In this document: positions 62,344 to 64,000 of the stretch, one piece after another
How the letters are laid out: every line of letters starts with the position of its first letter
Position numbering within the stretch: the stretch's first letter is position 1
Assembly (NCBI GenBank): GCA_965207065.1
Contig: OZ242260.1
Span: 2,048,001 to 2,112,000, forward strand
Direction: 5' to 3'
Source: a bacterium
GTDB lineage: Bacteria; UBA8248
DNA: 64,000 nt
Program-made: the position numbers and the translations under genes
The notes under the pieces: model-generated
Database searches by the model: none
What the model saw: only the letters and a program-made list of their open reading frames with translations
What the model was told of the DNA's origin: nothing

Positions 62344-63075
62344 ATGGCGTCACGTTTTAGAGGACGGGATATTCACCCGACGGCCACAGGCCCCAGAGCC
62401 AACCGGGACATACGCGTTCCGATGGTGCGGGTCATCGACGAGGACGGTCAGCAGCTCGGCGTACTCCCCGTGGAGGAGGCGGTGGAGGCCGCAGAGGACA
62501 GGGATCTGGACCTCGTCGAGGTATCTCCCAACGCGGACCCGCCCGTATGCAAGATCATGGACCTCGGCCGCTACAAGTACACGCAGCAGAAGAAGGCGCA
62601 GGAAGCCAAGAAGAAACAGCGCGTGGTGGAGGTGAAAGAGGTCAAGCTTCGCATCAAGATCGAAGAGCATGACTACGCGATCAAGAGAAAACACGCGGAG
62701 CGGTTTTTGAACGACGGGAACAAGGCGAAGGTCACCATCATGTTCCGCGGACGCGAGGTAACTCACCCCGACCTGGGGCGAAAACTCTTGGAGAGAATGG
62801 CGAACGAACTCATCGAAATCGGTACGGTGGAGCAGTTCCCCAACCTTGAGGGCCGGAACATGACGATGGTTCTCGCGCCGAAATCGACAAAACCGCCCAA
62901 AAAGGATACAACGCCGCGCAAGAAATCGGGCAGGAAAGCGGAAGACGTCTCGGTGGACGATGGAAAACTGACGGCTCCTCTGGCCGAAGCGCTTAAGGGA
63001 GCGGATATTGAAATCAGCCCGGCTGACGGGGCGGATGACGGGAAATCCGAAGGAGAAGTGAAAGAAGATGCCTAA
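62344..63075 (+). CDS. infC: Translation initiation factor IF-3 with a C-terminal extension
   Basis: [52 protein letters not shown]; alternative ATT start at 62371. Confidence 0.95.
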   Translation: MASRFRGRDIHPTATGPRANRDIRVPMVRVIDEDGQQLGVLPVEEAVEAAEDRDLDLVEVSPNADPPVCKIMDLGRYKYTQQKKAQEAKKKQRVVEVKEVKLRIKIEEHDYAIKRKHAERFLNDGNKAKVTIMFRGREVTHPDLGRKLLERMANELIEIGTVEQFPNLEGRNMTMVLAPKSTKPPKKDTTPRKKSGRKAEDVSVDDGKLTAPLAEALKGADIEISPADGADDGKSEGEVKEDA

Positions 63076-63265
63076 GATGAAGACGAACCGCGGAGCGGCC
63101 AAGCGTTTCAAGATAACGGCCACGGGTAAGGTGAAGCGGAACCGCTCCCATCACCGTCATATACTGACGAAGAAGACGACGAAAAGAAAAAGAGAACTCC
63201 GCCACAGCATCATCGCGAATTCCACGGATGCGAAGATGATCAAGCGGCTGATACCTTACATGTAG
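63068..63265 (+). CDS. rpmI: 50S ribosomal protein L35
   Basis: [21 protein letters not shown]...[14 protein letters not shown]. Confidence 0.97.
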   Translation: MPKMKTNRGAAKRFKITATGKVKRNRSHHRHILTKKTTKRKRELRHSIIANSTDAKMIKRLIPYM

Positions 63266-63349
63266 CCTTTTGCAGAAATGGTGATGGCTTCGATCCGGGC
63301 GCACGGGTGACGCTGCGCCTTCATTTCGCCGGAATGGAGTAGCGAAGAG

Positions 63350-63499
63350 ATGAGTAATCCGGTGGGCGCCCTGAATGACTTTATCAAGTCGATCCTGGGC
63401 GGCATCGGGTCAATGGTGGGTGAATATCCTTATGCTGCAGGGGCAGTCCTTATCTTTGCCATAATTCTCAGGCGTACCATCAGGCGCGCCCGAAAGTAG
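63350..63499 (+). CDS. Small 49-aa putative membrane protein (below the ORF-track cutoff)
   Basis: MSNPVGALNDFIKSILGGIGSMVGEYPYAAGAVLIFAIILRRTIRRARK; GGAG ~10 nt upstream; hydrophobic helix followed by a basic tail. Confidence 0.55.
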   Translation: MSNPVGALNDFIKSILGGIGSMVGEYPYAAGAVLIFAIILRRTIRRARK

Positions 63500-63531
63500 C
63501 ACCCCCCTTTCCCTCATTTATCATTTCGGGC

Positions 63532-63560
63532 TTGCGGTCATTCGCGCGTGCGGGTATATT
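63532..63560 (+). promoter_or_regulatory. Putative separate sigma70 promoter for rplT
   Basis: TTGCGG-17 bp-TATATT. Confidence 0.45.
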
Positions 63561-63649
63561 CCCCTCGGTCGGTCGCCGGAATCGCTTGGGAATACGAGGC
63601 GGCCTCCGTGGGAATGGGAAAAATCAACGATTGAGGGAGTAACCGAATC

Positions 63650-64000
63650 ATGCCGCGTTCGACAGGAAAACCGGCGAGTAGGGAACGACATCGCAGGCTT
63701 CTCAAGGAAGCGAAGGGCTACCGGGGCGCTCGCTCGAAGCGGTTCCGCTCCGCGCGCGAGTCCGTGCATCGCGCCCGCGCCTACGCCTATCGCGACCGCC
63801 GTGTGCGCAAGCGCGAGTTCAGGCGTCTTTGGAATGTTCGCATCAATGCGGCGGCCCGGCTGCATGGTCTCAATTACAGCCGTTTCATCTGGGGGCTGGG
63901 CCAGGCGGGCGTGGAGGTGAACCGCAAGATTCTGGCCGAATTGGCGATAGAGGATCCTCAGGCTTTCGGTAAACTCGTGGAAATCGCCAAGGCGCAGGCC
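63650..64000 (+). CDS. rplT: 50S ribosomal protein L20 (runs off the window end)
   Basis: [49 protein letters not shown]; no stop inside the window. Confidence 0.97.
   Translation, partial: MPRSTGKPASRERHRRLLKEAKGYRGARSKRFRSARESVHRARAYAYRDRRVRKREFRRLWNVRINAAARLHGLNYSRFIWGLGQAGVEVNRKILAELAIEDPQAFGKLVEIAKAQA

Overview
This is a 64-kb chromosomal window from a GC-rich diderm bacterium, judged from the outer-membrane barrel, lipoprotein and Tat substrates. The gene content resembles uncultured marine or host-associated lineages, but that is inference only. From left to right it holds: the end of a urea ABC operon (urtDE) and urease ureABCEFGD; a surface lipoprotein; an LLM oxidoreductase plus a cyclic amidohydrolase; higBA; a long amidase; and a Dpp-type ABC operon. 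Next comes a ~13.5-kb, partly lower-GC block (Tat molybdo-oxidoreductase, sugar ABC, AhpD-like protein, TAXI-TRAP, M24 peptidase) bracketed by two inverted copies of a ~387-bp element, one of which carries an 8 x 24-bp tandem array. After that come an OMP, an intact IS1182-like element inserted in a hairpin loop, further toxin-antitoxin and defence-like genes, pdxH, a flavin reductase/LLM monooxygenase/deiodinase-like cluster, ftsH, a MetE-like gene, folE2 and metH. The window ends with the core genes tRNA-Leu-tig-clpP-clpX and tRNA-Val-thrS-infC-rpmI-(small ORF)-rplT. The main highlights are four: (1) a deiodinase-like selenoprotein that the ORF track splits at an in-frame UGA followed by a SECIS-like hairpin; (2) a sugar-ABC ATPase with a ~160-aa transmembrane insert, next to a TRAP permease with two large membrane inserts; (3) the inverted 387-bp element pair with its array; (4) an IS1182/MITE/REP-hairpin repeat system. 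All calls come from reading motifs by eye, with no database searches.
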